From NCBI GenBank assembly GCA_907165135.1, contig OU015566.1:7998001-8062000 (forward strand): DNA of 64,000 nucleotides. Direction: 5' to 3'. This DNA comes from Oikopleura dioica (taxonomy: Eukaryota; Animalia; Chordata). Each line of letters opens with the position of its first letter. Within the stretch, counting starts at the first letter, position 1. Positions 36,176 to 47,683 of this stretch are shown here, one piece after another. The notes below the pieces were generated by a model that saw only the letters and a list, made by a program, of their open reading frames with translations, made no database searches and was not told where the DNA came from. Position numbers and translations under genes: made by a program.

Positions 36176-37528
36176 CTACCAACTCGACAAGTAAAAGATG
36201 TCGTCGTGCGTCAGCGATGCGGCTTTTCTGTAGCCATGTTTCCAGAGAAAATCGTAGAGTCCTTCGTCTCTTCGCTCTCCCGTGATTGACTAAAAGGAGA
36301 TTTGAACGGGTAAAGGTCGAGTGCGCTTACGGAAACGTCAACAGAAATGACGTTGATTTTCAGTTTTCCAAATGGGATCGTTTTCAAGATCGCGAGTTCA
36401 GAACCTTCTGTGTCGAGGGATAAGTAATCTATCGTATCTACATTTGAGGGCAGTAGGTCAATAAGCGGCGTGCATCTTTTCGTATTCACAACGGGACTGT
36501 ATAAATCGCTATTTGCAGGCTTTGCAAAAAATTCTTTGTAATTCTTTGTTAAAAAAATTTACTTAATATCAATTGACAAAGCCTTGCCCATCAGCAAAGT
36601 GCTGCTCGTACTTTGCTTGGAGTACGCCATCCTTTGTTAATTCCAGAAACTCGGAAATACCACCGAGAAAGCCAGCGTTGTGATTTTCAAAGGGGTTCGA
36701 CACGAACGTGAAGCTTTCGGACAACGTGGTCGGGGAGACACAGCTATTCAGAGCGAGGGCTTTTCGGTTGAGTTGGAGAAGTTGGGCGAAGGATTCTTGA
36801 TTGGGCTCTATCTGGTAGAAGGGATGAAAATTTCGACTTATTATCGAACGATTGAGAAGAAAAGGTATATTACAGTGATTCGTGTTTCATCCCGAAACAA
36901 AATTCCTTTCCAGTGCCGAAAAACTTCGAAGAACAGTGAATTCGAATAATGTTCTCCATCATCTGCCCCGATCTCAACATAGAATCCATCTTCTTTTCCG
37001 CCAAGAAGCTAAAAAAACACTTGACTTAAATTTTATTTGAGACAACATACCTGGTCAATAAATAGCGACTGCCCATCCTGGCTCCAGTCTCCCGAGTCTT
37101 TGATTCCCAGAGGCGTGTTTAAAATTCTAGCGCTATCGAAGCTCGGCTGCTTGTACTCGTCCGCAATCATGGAGGTTCGAGGAAAAACTGGAAACGAGTA
37201 GCCCCATGCTGTTTCGTTTAATTGTCTAAAATTCCTTTGAATTCTTTGCTAAATGGCTATTTAGCGAAGCATTTGAAAATTTCTAAAGACTTGTGGTCGA
37301 ACATTTTTCAACCCGCGTTCGGTAATTTGCGCCTTACGATGGGCTTTAGGTAATCGCTGGACAGATGACTTACATGTCTGGCCGCTTGAGGGCCTCCTCA
37401 AGGTTGAACTTGGGCTTGGAAGATCTCCATCTCTCGACAAGGATCACAGCAATGGCGACGATTACGAAGCCGACAACAACAAGAATCAGCACTGAACGGC
37501 GGGTGGCCTTTACGTGCACCGTCCGCAT
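36176..37528 (-). CDS. FkbM/Methyltransf_21-family SAM methyltransferase with N-terminal membrane anchor
   Basis: Spliced: MRTVHVKATRRSVLILVVVGFVIVAIAVIL (TM); WSQDGQSLFIDQ|LLGGKEDGFYVEIGADDGEHYSNSLFFE; WKGIL|IEPN; IDYLSLDTEGSELAILKTIPF; KHGY...DDIFY*. Confidence 0.85.
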
Positions 37529-37916
37529 TTTATGTATTAATTTCTACCAGTCGATTTTTCTTAAAAAAAGAAATTATTAGTAACGCCTGAAATCTACCAA
37601 AATCCGGAAAAGGGCGATTTGAACAGGACCCGAATAAAAATGATTTTCATGGCTTTTTTTCCTGATAAATCTCTTTTCCTTCAATAAAGTATTCTCTTAT
37701 AGTTTGGTTTATGATTTTTTAGCTTTCGGAAAATTGCAGAAAATAAATTAAAAACGTGAGCGTTACAAAAACGAAGCCGCAAAGCAGCGTAAGATGAAAG
37801 GTTCCTGTTTTGCGGAAGATAGAGTAACGTTTGAAGACGCTGGAAAACGTGGGAGAGGAGCCCGAGGGCGCTCACGGTCAAACGCGGCGAGAAATCACGA
37901 AAAGTTCAAAATTGTG

Positions 37917-40900
37917 CTAAAGAAGGTCGTCAGGCTCGTCACTTTCGTCATTGTCGTCCGAGGAGATCCGAAAGCGAACCATCTTTTTGCCAGACGAAGC
38001 GGTGCTTTTGGCGTCTGAACAAGGCGAAAAAATATCATCAAAATTTTGTCAAAAATTTTGGATTTTTACCTTCAACATCAGTCGAATCACAATCGCTTCA
38101 AAAAGGGTTGAAAATAAGTCATTGGCAATACATTTTGCATGATAAAATCATAATTTTGAGCCCTAGCTTTGATTTTCTGAAATTCCAAGAGCACCCAAAA
38201 GTCTTCCGTCTTTATGTTTCGCCTCTGCCTCGGCTGGACTCAAACAGTTATCCCGTAAAGCTGACAAGCTCTTGAGAAAGACCGATCCACCATCATCCTC
38301 TGGAGCAGGTGAAGGCGTGGCCGCCGCTGCAGCAGTAGACAGCGTCGGTTTGGCTGGAGCCGTTTTGGGAGCGAGGACGGCCGATGCCCGGGGGAGGATT
38401 TTCTGGTTCATCGGCAAGTCAAGAGATGAGTCCGAATCAATCGACACTTTCCGCTGCAATTTCCGTTCAGGTTTCTTCGAAACGCTTGCTTTAGCTAAAA
38501 TTCATTTTTTATCAAGTGCAAATCTTCTCCGTGAAAAGCCGAAAGGCAGAGGAATTTCTCCGTCTCTCTAACGTTGCGTAAATATAAATTCAATTTATAC
38601 CTGGCTCGGGCTTGATCGGCGTTGGCTTCTGCACTTTGGCGGAGGAAGTCGCCGTCTCTTGATGCTCTCTGTTCGTTTTTTTGGCCGCCAGTTGCTGCAA
38701 TTTTGCAAGCTAGAAAACCAAATTCATTAAACATGATTGCTAGACGAGTGAAACAAATTTCTAACGCCGAAATGCATGAATTCGGGACAAGGCAAAATTG
38801 TATTTACGAATAACAAGAACGGCGGTTGAAGTATCAACAAACGAAAGTACCTTTTCAGCGCGCTCGCGATGTATCAGCGTCGGGTCTTCTAAATCAGGCG
38901 AGATCGGGCGGAAAATGGCGTTTCCTAATATCAAGTTTTACATCCAGAGTGTCGATTGTAGCAAGTATCGAATTAAACTGTTGGAAAAATACAGGCATTT
39001 ACCGCAATGCGGTCATCGCAAAAAAAACAACCAGCAGTGTGCTTGTTTCTATCAATTTCGCCAGTGCAGGGAATAATACAGTAAGCCACCAAAAAAGCGA
39101 TATAAAAAATTGCAGTGTACTTTACTTGAAAACGATTCCTAAAGAGTCAAGAAACCGTTCTCGAACAGAGCTTGCCGCACCATTATCGACACACTGGGTA
39201 CCTGGAAAAGCCCCAAATTGTTTACCTGACAAGTCTGGAGTACTGAGCGATAAGGCCTTTGCTCTGGCAAATGCGGAGTTCTTTTGAGCAAGAGATTGAT
39301 TTCCAGCTTCTGATTTTACATCTTTTCGTTGTTGAAAAAAAGTAAAAGAAGAGGTTAAAATCTGATAATTTCAACGAGTTCCTGAAAGATCCGCAAAGTT
39401 GTTGCCAGGCTCTGAAAGTGTACCAAGTCGATGATCATCGAAAAACTGATGACGCATGTGAGCGGGAATCCCGCCATGGTGGAGGTGTTGGTGGTGCATG
39501 TGTGGATGAACTTGTTGCTGCATAAGATGAGGATGAAGAAGATGAGGGAATGGCATTCGAATCGGTCCCATTGGACCGTTGTCTGAGGGTTCGTGGAGCG
39601 GTCCAAGTTGCTGCTGGTTTCTGAAACACAAAATAAACAGCATTGTGATCCACTTATGTGGTTGGCTTACGGTTGCCCTGGGCGGCCAATGCTTTGAAGT
39701 GGCGATTCCGCTTTTAACTGCTGCTGTCGGAAAAGAAGAGCTTGATGCTCATACTGCTGTATTCTTTGCTGCATCATTTGATTGCGAGTCTTTTCGGCTT
39801 GATGCTGCTCGACTCGGTGTTGAAGCTCTTCTGGCGGAATGATTCCCCCTCGCTGTTGTCGCCCGATGTCAAGTTGATTTGGCGGACGTTTATTTTCAGC
39901 GCGTTTCTTCGGCTCCCAGCGAGGATCTCGCCGAGAAACGGGCCCAGGAGCGGCATCGAAATTAGGGACATTCTAAATCATGAATTGTTTTTCCGAAGAT
40001 TGACCTTGCTTACCCAGCCGCGGTTATTGTCAAACATCACATTTGCATACGCCTGCTGCGGTGGACCGTGTTGCGGAGGTGGACGTTGATGAGGTAGACG
40101 GTTGGGCGGTGGGCCACCCATACGAGCTGGTGGGCCTTGGTGTTGATAATTCGGGGGAGGACCGCCATTCTGGAAATGCGATGGGGGTGGTCCGTATCCA
40201 GGCCCTCGTGGACCGGGGCCTCTCATTGGACCAGGACCCGGTCCAGGAGGAGGTCCGTGGTTCATCATGGGTTGGTGATTCAGAGAACGCATCGACTAAA
40301 CTACTGAGTTTTCTGGAGATTTTTGAAGCTTCTACCTGACTCCGGCTAAGCTGCGGGTTCCGATACTGCTTCATCATTTGATAACTCTCCCAAGCTTCCG
40401 TCGCCCCGCTTGCTGTTTGGTCCATTTGCTCGGCGACCATGAGCAGCTGGTCCAACTTGCGCCGCAGTGTCTCAACATACTGCTGCTCTACACAAAATGA
40501 CTAGTGGTTACCAATAATTCACAACCATAAGTTTGTTTTCTCTACCTTCGTTGTAAGTCGAATGACGATGGTGGTGCCCACCACCGCCGCCTTCCATCTC
40601 AGGGTACCCATTTCCTAAAGATAATTGCGTTATCGCCCGACCGGCCAAGTGGGATCATAACTCTTTTCAGATAACATTATTTTTCGACAAAAATTCCGTT
40701 CTAAAAAGACGCCAAAAACCGTAAATTTCATCATGACGAAATTCACTAATAAAAAAAAAAGCTTTTTACTTTCAAATTTGACGATTTGGTACTCCAGCTC
40801 TAGAATATTTTGAATAGCTGGATAATGGTTTGAAAATACCTCTTATCGATTGATGCACGCCAGGATGCTGCGGCCGCTGGTGCATGTGATTTTGCGGAGG

Positions 40901-41463
40901 TATTTGATGAGGTTGGCGGGGACCCCTCGGTCCTGGAGGCATTTGATGATGGGGATACTGCGGTCCTCCATGTTGCGGGTGCCCTCTTTGAGGTCCTGGT
41001 CTGTTTAGTAAATTTACAAAAGCGCTCGGAAGGAAAGTTGATTGCGTCAATAAATTCTATCCCTTTTCCCAAATTCTTCTTGGAAAAATCTCTGATGCGG
41101 GGGTAGCCTGCTGATTGATCCCATTCCTCCGTCGTCTAAATTTCTGGTTCAAGATTCAAACCTCCAAGAATATGATAATCTTTGAAGGTTGACAACTTAT
41201 GATTCAAGTGTTTACAAAACGGGATGCGCTGAACAAAACGTTCCATTTTCGAAAAATTCCTTACTCTGTCCTGGCGGCGGATCGAAGCCCAGACGATCGT
41301 ACTCTCCAGACTCGTCAGAGCCGTAACCATCGTGAGGGTGCCCATGCGAGCCTGGGTTAAATGTGTTGTAAGTACTGGCCGCGCTGTACACGCTTCCCGG
41401 ACCAGGTGGCCGCGGGTAGTGATGGTGAGGCGCTCCCCGCGCATCAGGAGCGAAAAAGTTCAA
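37917..41463 (-). CDS. Uncharacterised low-complexity Pro/Gln/His/Gly-rich protein (one gene, possibly two; ~12-15 exons; 5' end not located)
   Basis: A chain of GT-AG-bounded open exons: ...HHHYPRPPGPG..., coiled-coil-like QQYVETLRRKLDQLLMVAEQMD, GPPP repeats, HPHMHHQHLHH, LAKLQQLAAKK, RKVSIDSDSSLD, ending ...KKMVRFRISSDD...DDLL* at 37917. Confidence 0.55.
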
Positions 41464-42026
41464 TCAGCTCAAATTCTGCTCTGCCAATGCTCCACGGATC
41501 AGTATACACACGCGCACGCAGGTTAGACGCAAGCCCGCGCGGAGGACAAGAGATCCCCTCTCGGGTTACGCTCTCTCTCAAGAAGGGATGGTATATTTTG
41601 AATTGGAGTCTTCAAGGTCACGTAGGAGGGTCTCTGGAATTGATTGACAGAAACCCTTGCCGCCCTTGCCAAGTTACAAAAATTGCCCGCGGCGATGTCG
41701 CTAACGGCGCCAATCAACAAGCGTCCGGTACACCAGTGTTAACTACTTACCAACCGGACACAAATGCAAGAATACCATTCTGACAAATTAATTGCCTCCT
41801 TTGTTCCAGCAAAGTGCTACTATCGGCAGATGCTCCATCTATTTTAAATACCCTGCTTCATGCAAGTTGCGCTTTCAACAAATTCTAGAGCCAGGCATCA
41901 TGAATGAAATTGAGATAAATCAGTCCATGATGTGCAAATATAGAACGATTCCAACATAGTACTTGAGTTTATTTTTAACGTAAGGACGGCTTTTCTTTCA
42001 GAATAAATAGTTTTTCACGGCTACGG

Positions 42027-44127
42027 TTAGCAGATAGGATGGGAATGAATACAACCTTCAGCCTCGGCAATTTGAACACCAACCTTGGCCATGGCGGAAT
42101 GAAGCTCGCCGCTAAAACGCAAAATTCGATGACGGTAACAAATCATGAGCTTACTTGTTAATATCTTCGATACTTCTCTTCACTCGGAGGGTAGCTTCGT
42201 TGATGTAAATTCGCGCGAGGTCGATTTCGTGGTCAGCATTTGGTTTTCCGAGGTTGACAGCGGCGGTGGCTCTAGAAAGGACAGCGGAGGCGGAGTAAAT
42301 GTTGATCATGCAGTCGGCAACGTGTTTGAGCTCGAACTGGCGGGACATGATTTTTTTCTGGTGCTCGACGAGGAGGTTTGTCGAGGCGACGTGGAAGGCG
42401 TTAATGCACTCTAGAATAACGTTGAAATCAAGGCCTTTCGAGGGGTTTACCTTCAATGGCTTTTGCCTCGGATGAGAGCTGGCTGCAGGAGAGCGATGCC
42501 AACTTTCCACCGGCTGATCCGGCGACAGAGAATCCAGTCTTGCCCGCAATCATCGCTTTGACCGCCATCGATTTGTCCGCTTTGAGCAATTTGCCCTGCA
42601 CCTGCATACCCTGGAGAGCAATCATCAGTCTGAGAATGTCGTTGGTGCCCTCGAAGATACGGAAGATTCTCAGATCTCGCATGATCTTTTCGACACCCTG
42701 TTCGTACATGAATCCCATTCCACCCATGGTCTGGATGCATTCATCAGCGGCTTGCCACGCTTTTTCGGAACCAAAGATTTTGCCAATAGCGGCTTCGAGG
42801 TGATAGTTTTCGGCTTTGGAATCCATGGCCTAGTAGGAACTATAGTCAAACGCCCGTTAATGTGCCACTTACTTGTGAGATAAGATATGCAACGGACTCG
42901 ACCGCATACTGCTCAGCGGCCATTCGAGCGAGTTTCTCCTGAATCGCGCCATAGTTGTAAATCTTGTCATTGAATTGCTTTCTGTTGTAAGCGAATTCAG
43001 CAGCACGCTTGGTTAGTTTTCGCATAGTGCCAGCTAGGCAAGAGCTCATACCGAATCGACCGTTGTTCAAAACTTCCATCGCAACCTGGGGAATAATTCA
43101 ATAAATAAATCGACAGCTGATGGAATCAAATCAAATTTTCTCAAGAAATTTTTACCTTGAATCCGTCGCCAACATTTCGAATAAGATTCTCTGCTGGAAT
43201 TGGGGTGTTATCGAAGTAAACTTCGGCCGTATTGGAGCATTTGATGCCCATCTTCTTCTCTGGAGGACCGTTGGTAACGCCGCCAAAGGCTCGCTCAACG
43301 ATGAAGGCAGCCATCTTATCCTTAGTTGTTCCATCTTCTTGCACTTCTGGAACTTTGCAAAAGACAGTGAAGATTTCGGCGAAGCCACCGTTCGAGATCC
43401 ACACTTTTCCGCCGTTGAGGTAGTACGTCTTTCCGTCTTCAGAGGGAGTAGCTCGAGTTTGAATTGAGGCAGCGTCGGATCCAGAACCGGGTTCAGTCAG
43501 GGCGAAGGCAGCGTATTTTCGACCAGTGGCGACGTCAGGTAAATATTTGGCCTTTTGCTCTTCGTTTCCACAAATAAGAATTGCCTAGAACGTAATCTGA
43601 GAGAATACTCTTCAGAAAAGTGGCTTAAAAGAGGCTCGATGGACCTACCTTGAAACCGATAGACTGATGAGCGCCCATAACAATTCCAAAGCCCAAATCA
43701 TTCTCTCCAACGATTTCAGTTAATCTGGCGTATTCTGTATTGTTAAGTCCGAGACCCTCCAATTCCTCGGGAACTTGGAGACCAAATGCACCCATTTCCG
43801 CGGCGCCTTGCATGATTTCGTCGGGAACCGTAGCGATTTGGTCGTTGTGAAGGGGGTCGTTTTCGTTTTCGAAAAAGCTGGAGAAGGCGTCGACCATGGC
43901 GGTGAGGTTTTCTTTGTTTTCTTCGGGAAGTACGTCTGGGTAGGGGAACATATGCTGGGGGTTAACTCGTCCCTAGAATGGCCGTTCAATCAGAATATAC
44001 AAAATTGTGAAGGTACCTGCATGATGCCAAAGGCAAACGAGTCCGTTTTCGCATCGACTTGGGCAACTTTGGTTGTAGCTGCGAGACCGCGCTTAGAAAC
44101 CTGCTGAACAGTGCGAGACACCGACAT
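42027..44127 (-). CDS. ACADVL: Very-long-chain acyl-CoA dehydrogenase, mitochondrial
   Basis: [96 protein letters not shown], plus the VLCAD/ACAD9-type C-terminal extension. ACAD9 is the less likely alternative. Confidence 0.88.
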
Positions 44128-45236
44128 TACGATCGTTCTCTATCTGAAAAAATGTCTTGTTATTGAGGCTTCTGTAAATTCTCTCTGTTATATGGCCGGG
44201 AGCAAAATTCTGGATCCTTCGGCTTATATAAAGCGCGGTCATCTGAGGATGGAGCTCAAGTTTGAAACAGAAAATCGATCGGGGGAAAGAACAAAGGTCG
44301 AAATCAAGACAAAGAATAAGCCTGTCTCAGTGGAGCCAGTATTTTATTCGCTGCGTGAATATGAAAAAGTAAATATAACTATTCATTAGATGACTGTTAG
44401 AGGAATGAATGGCAGTTTTTTCGTTCCTTCAGCCCGGTTTTAGCAAAAAAAAACAGCGATTTGCAGCGTCTCTCGTGTATTTATAAAAGAACATAAGACA
44501 TCTCTACAAAAGGAGTCACTCCCAATAAGGGAGTGATCAGAAAAACGAAACAGGATTTGGTAACTCAGAAGGCGCCCTGGCGATAATTAGATTTCTTATC
44601 ACCTCAGTCGAACTTTGAACTCTACTGGAAGACCTCTGGACGCCCAGACTCTCTGAAAATGGTAAAACTCTAGATAGTTTTTTCTCATGCTCAGCTCTGA
44701 ACTCAAAGAAGGTCATTACAGGAGTCTTAAGGTCATTATGAGTGAATTTACGTTTGTTTGTCAAAGATCAATACTCGTCGAGTTGAGGATTCTTCTGGAG
44801 AAACTATCTATTTCAAAATTTTACCAGTTACTGTAACAAATAATCATCTAAAATGCTTGTTTTGTAATCTTTCCATGCAACCGTCGCGAAAAAAAGCGTT
44901 CGTTTGAACAAGATTTTTCTTAATCACTAATTTTGATGCAAAGAAAAATCATCGGATGCTGATAGTAATTATTGAATAAACGATAATTCATTTTCTTCAG
45001 AAGAAATGCTGGAAAAGGGTTGAAATTCTCGGGAAAACTCGTCTAAAACATTTCTCACTTTCCAGTCATCCAATCGCCGCGTGCGCGCCACTTGTCAATT
45101 GAGCACCGCGGAAAAAGAAAGCTCAAAAAGTGAAACTTACGGTTTTCAACGAAACGGACGAAGCAGCTCAAGAACTGAAGATCAGCCGACAGAAGAACTT
45201 ACATAACTAACAAGGAAGTTCTAGAAGATAAAAAAT

Positions 45237-46125
45237 ATGATTGGACAAAGAATTGGGAGAATACTAGGAATTTCGCGAAGAAAAGCTGCCGTTTGCCCCT
45301 CACAGAGTCAATTTTTTGATGAAAAGTTGATCTTGGTCGATGAAGATGATAGAATTCAAGGAAGCCTTTCAAAATTGCAGGTATCGCTGCTGAATGTTCA
45401 TGAAAAACTTCGAAAATTCTACATTTTATCGAAACTTGAGCCAATCTGACTCTACAAAAAGACTCGTCTATCATGAATTTGAAATTACTTTTCTTTGATC
45501 TCTAGAAACGAATCTCGTTCCCCTAATAACACGAATTTTCAGTCGCATACGATTGTCGACGGCAAATCTCCACTACACCGCGCGTTTTCTCTCTTCCACT
45601 TCAATTCTTCCAAGAAACTTTTGATCCAGAAAAGAAGCCTCGTAAAAGTCACCTTTCCGGATCTCTGGACCAACACCTGCTGCTCTCATCCTCTTTATAC
45701 CCTTTCCGAAATGGACGATTTCGAAGGCGTTAAAACTGCGGCCAAGAGAAGAGCAGACTTCGAATTGGGACTGAAACTCGACGCGGGAAAGATTCATCAT
45801 CTAACAAGGATTCTTTACTCTTCGAATTGCTCAGAAACACTCGCGGAAAACGAGCTCGATCACTGTGTCTTGAGCTTTGGAGACTTTGACTTTTCTGCGA
45901 ATCCTGACGAAGTTTCTGATACAAAAGTACTTTCATAAAACATCTTACAGGCAGCTTATTCAACTATATCTTTAGTGGCTAGCATCAGAAGATCTCAAGC
46001 CCTTCGTGAGCTCTGAAAACGTCACGCCCTGGTTTTCGAAAATCGTCGAAAGTGGATTGCTCGAAGATTGGTGGAGACAACTCCCGAATGATTTACCCTC
46101 TGATGATCTCATTCATAAACTTTAA
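45237..46125 (+). CDS. IDI1: Isopentenyl-diphosphate delta-isomerase type 1 (3 exons)
   Basis: ILVDEDD, LHRAFSLF, LLIQKRS..KVTFPDLWTNTCCSHP, ENELDH, TPWF. Confidence 0.93.
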
Positions 46126-46209
46126 TTATGCGATCACTATTCAGTTGCCTTATCTCTTCAATAATCAGCAATAAACATGTCATATTTACTTGATTTTTTA
46201 AATTTCAGA
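46126..46209 (+). promoter_or_regulatory. Operon-type intercistronic spacer: poly(A) signal followed by an unpaired AG acceptor (candidate SL trans-splice site)
   Basis: An 84-nt gap containing AATAAA, then T-rich TTTAAATTTCAG two bases before the GTF2B ATG. Similar acceptors precede RIOK3 (47670), EXOSC7 (52224), the NHL gene (53545) and ACADVL (44143). Confidence 0.6.
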
Positions 46210-47460
46210 ATGGCGGCTGCATCGGGAAGAGGTCAGCAAGTTCGCTGTCAATATCACCCAGACGCTCATTTGGCGGAAGATTACCGCGCTGGTGATATGA
46301 TTTGCACCGAATGCGGACTTGTTGTTGGTGATAGAGTCATCGACGTTGGAAGGTGAATTATGAACTTCACCGTAAAGCTCTAACAGTTTATTCTACAAGC
46401 GAGTGGAGAACATTCAGTAACGACAGTGGGTCAAAAGATCGCTCCCGAGTCGGTGACGTCGAGAACCGATTCCTTTCCAACTCCGGTTCCGATTTGAGTA
46501 CGATGATCGCTGCTCCGACGAACGGAGCAGAGAGCGAATTCTCCAAGCTGAGTCACCATCGAAGACACATGAACGCAGCTGATCGCGCTCTCAGTGCCGC
46601 TTACCGAGAAATCGGGTAAAGAACCGGCAAAGAAAAATGATGTGAAAAGCCATTTAGAGCGATGGCGGATCGGATGAACTTTCCTGGATCGCTGGTGGAC
46701 CGGGCGAAGGTCAATTTCAAGGAGGCTTATGAATCGCGTCAGTTGAAGGGAAGATCCAATGATGCTATCGCTGCGGCTTGTCTATACATTGCCTGTCGAC
46801 AAGAAGGAGTTCCACGAACATTCAAGGTACGAAATTAAAGTGAAGGAGTAACCTAAAACATTTTTTTCAAGGAGATCTGCGCTGTTTGTACGGTTCCGAA
46901 GAAAGAAATCGGCCGCTGCTTCAAGCTGATCATCAAGACTCTCGAAAAGAGCGTCAACGTCATTACATCAGAAGACTTCATGAAGCGTTTTTGCAACTCG
47001 CTCCGGCTCAACAGAGTATGTCTTATTTTGCGGACATATTTCGTATGAGAGCGTGTTACTATCTCGCTTATTTAGCAAGTCGAGGCTGCTTCCATTCATA
47101 TCGCAAAGAAATCCGTCGAATTGGATTTGGTTGGAGGGCGATCTCCGCTCTCCCTCGCCGCTGCGGCGATTTACATGGCCTCACAGGTGAGAAGATGCAT
47201 ATGCAGCAGCTTTGAGAGCAATATTTAGGCGTCTGAAACAAGAAAAACTGCCAAGGAAATCGGTGACATTACCGGTGTTGCTGAAGTCACCATCCGTCAA
47301 AGTTACAAACAAATGCACCCAGTAAGTTCCTCTGATAACTTACCTCTCAATCTTAAAGATAAAATGAAAGAAACGACTAACATTCCTTTAGCGCGCAAAA
47401 GATCTGTTCCCTGAAAACTTCAAATTCGCGATTCCAATTTCGCAGCTCCCAATGTGCTGA
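46210..47460 (+). CDS. GTF2B: General transcription factor IIB
   Basis: Zn ribbon [35 protein letters not shown]|SEWRTFSND; cyclin folds [28 protein letters not shown]|EIC and [17 protein letters not shown]; [11 protein letters not shown]. Confidence 0.97.
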
Positions 47461-47683
47461 ACGATCGAAAATCAACAGATACTCTCTAATGAAATCTCCC
47501 TTGTCTCCGAAGATTCCCTTTATCTTTCTATATGTCTTCTGCCACATAAAAACAACTGAAAAACATCGACTTGCAATTTCATTTAATCGTAACCTGCTTT
47601 ATTTAACAACAGCTCAATAAAGTCTCCTAAGCGATGAAAAAGCACTTTCAAACAAATTCCTTATTTTCAGAAAAGCTAAAAGC

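Noticed and set aside
44111-44830. Small ORFs or exon-like pieces between ACADVL and IDI1 (e.g. MAGSKILDPSAY..., RVWASRGLPVEFKVRL)
   Set aside because: Could be a small gene, but no coherent spliced model or known motif could be built.
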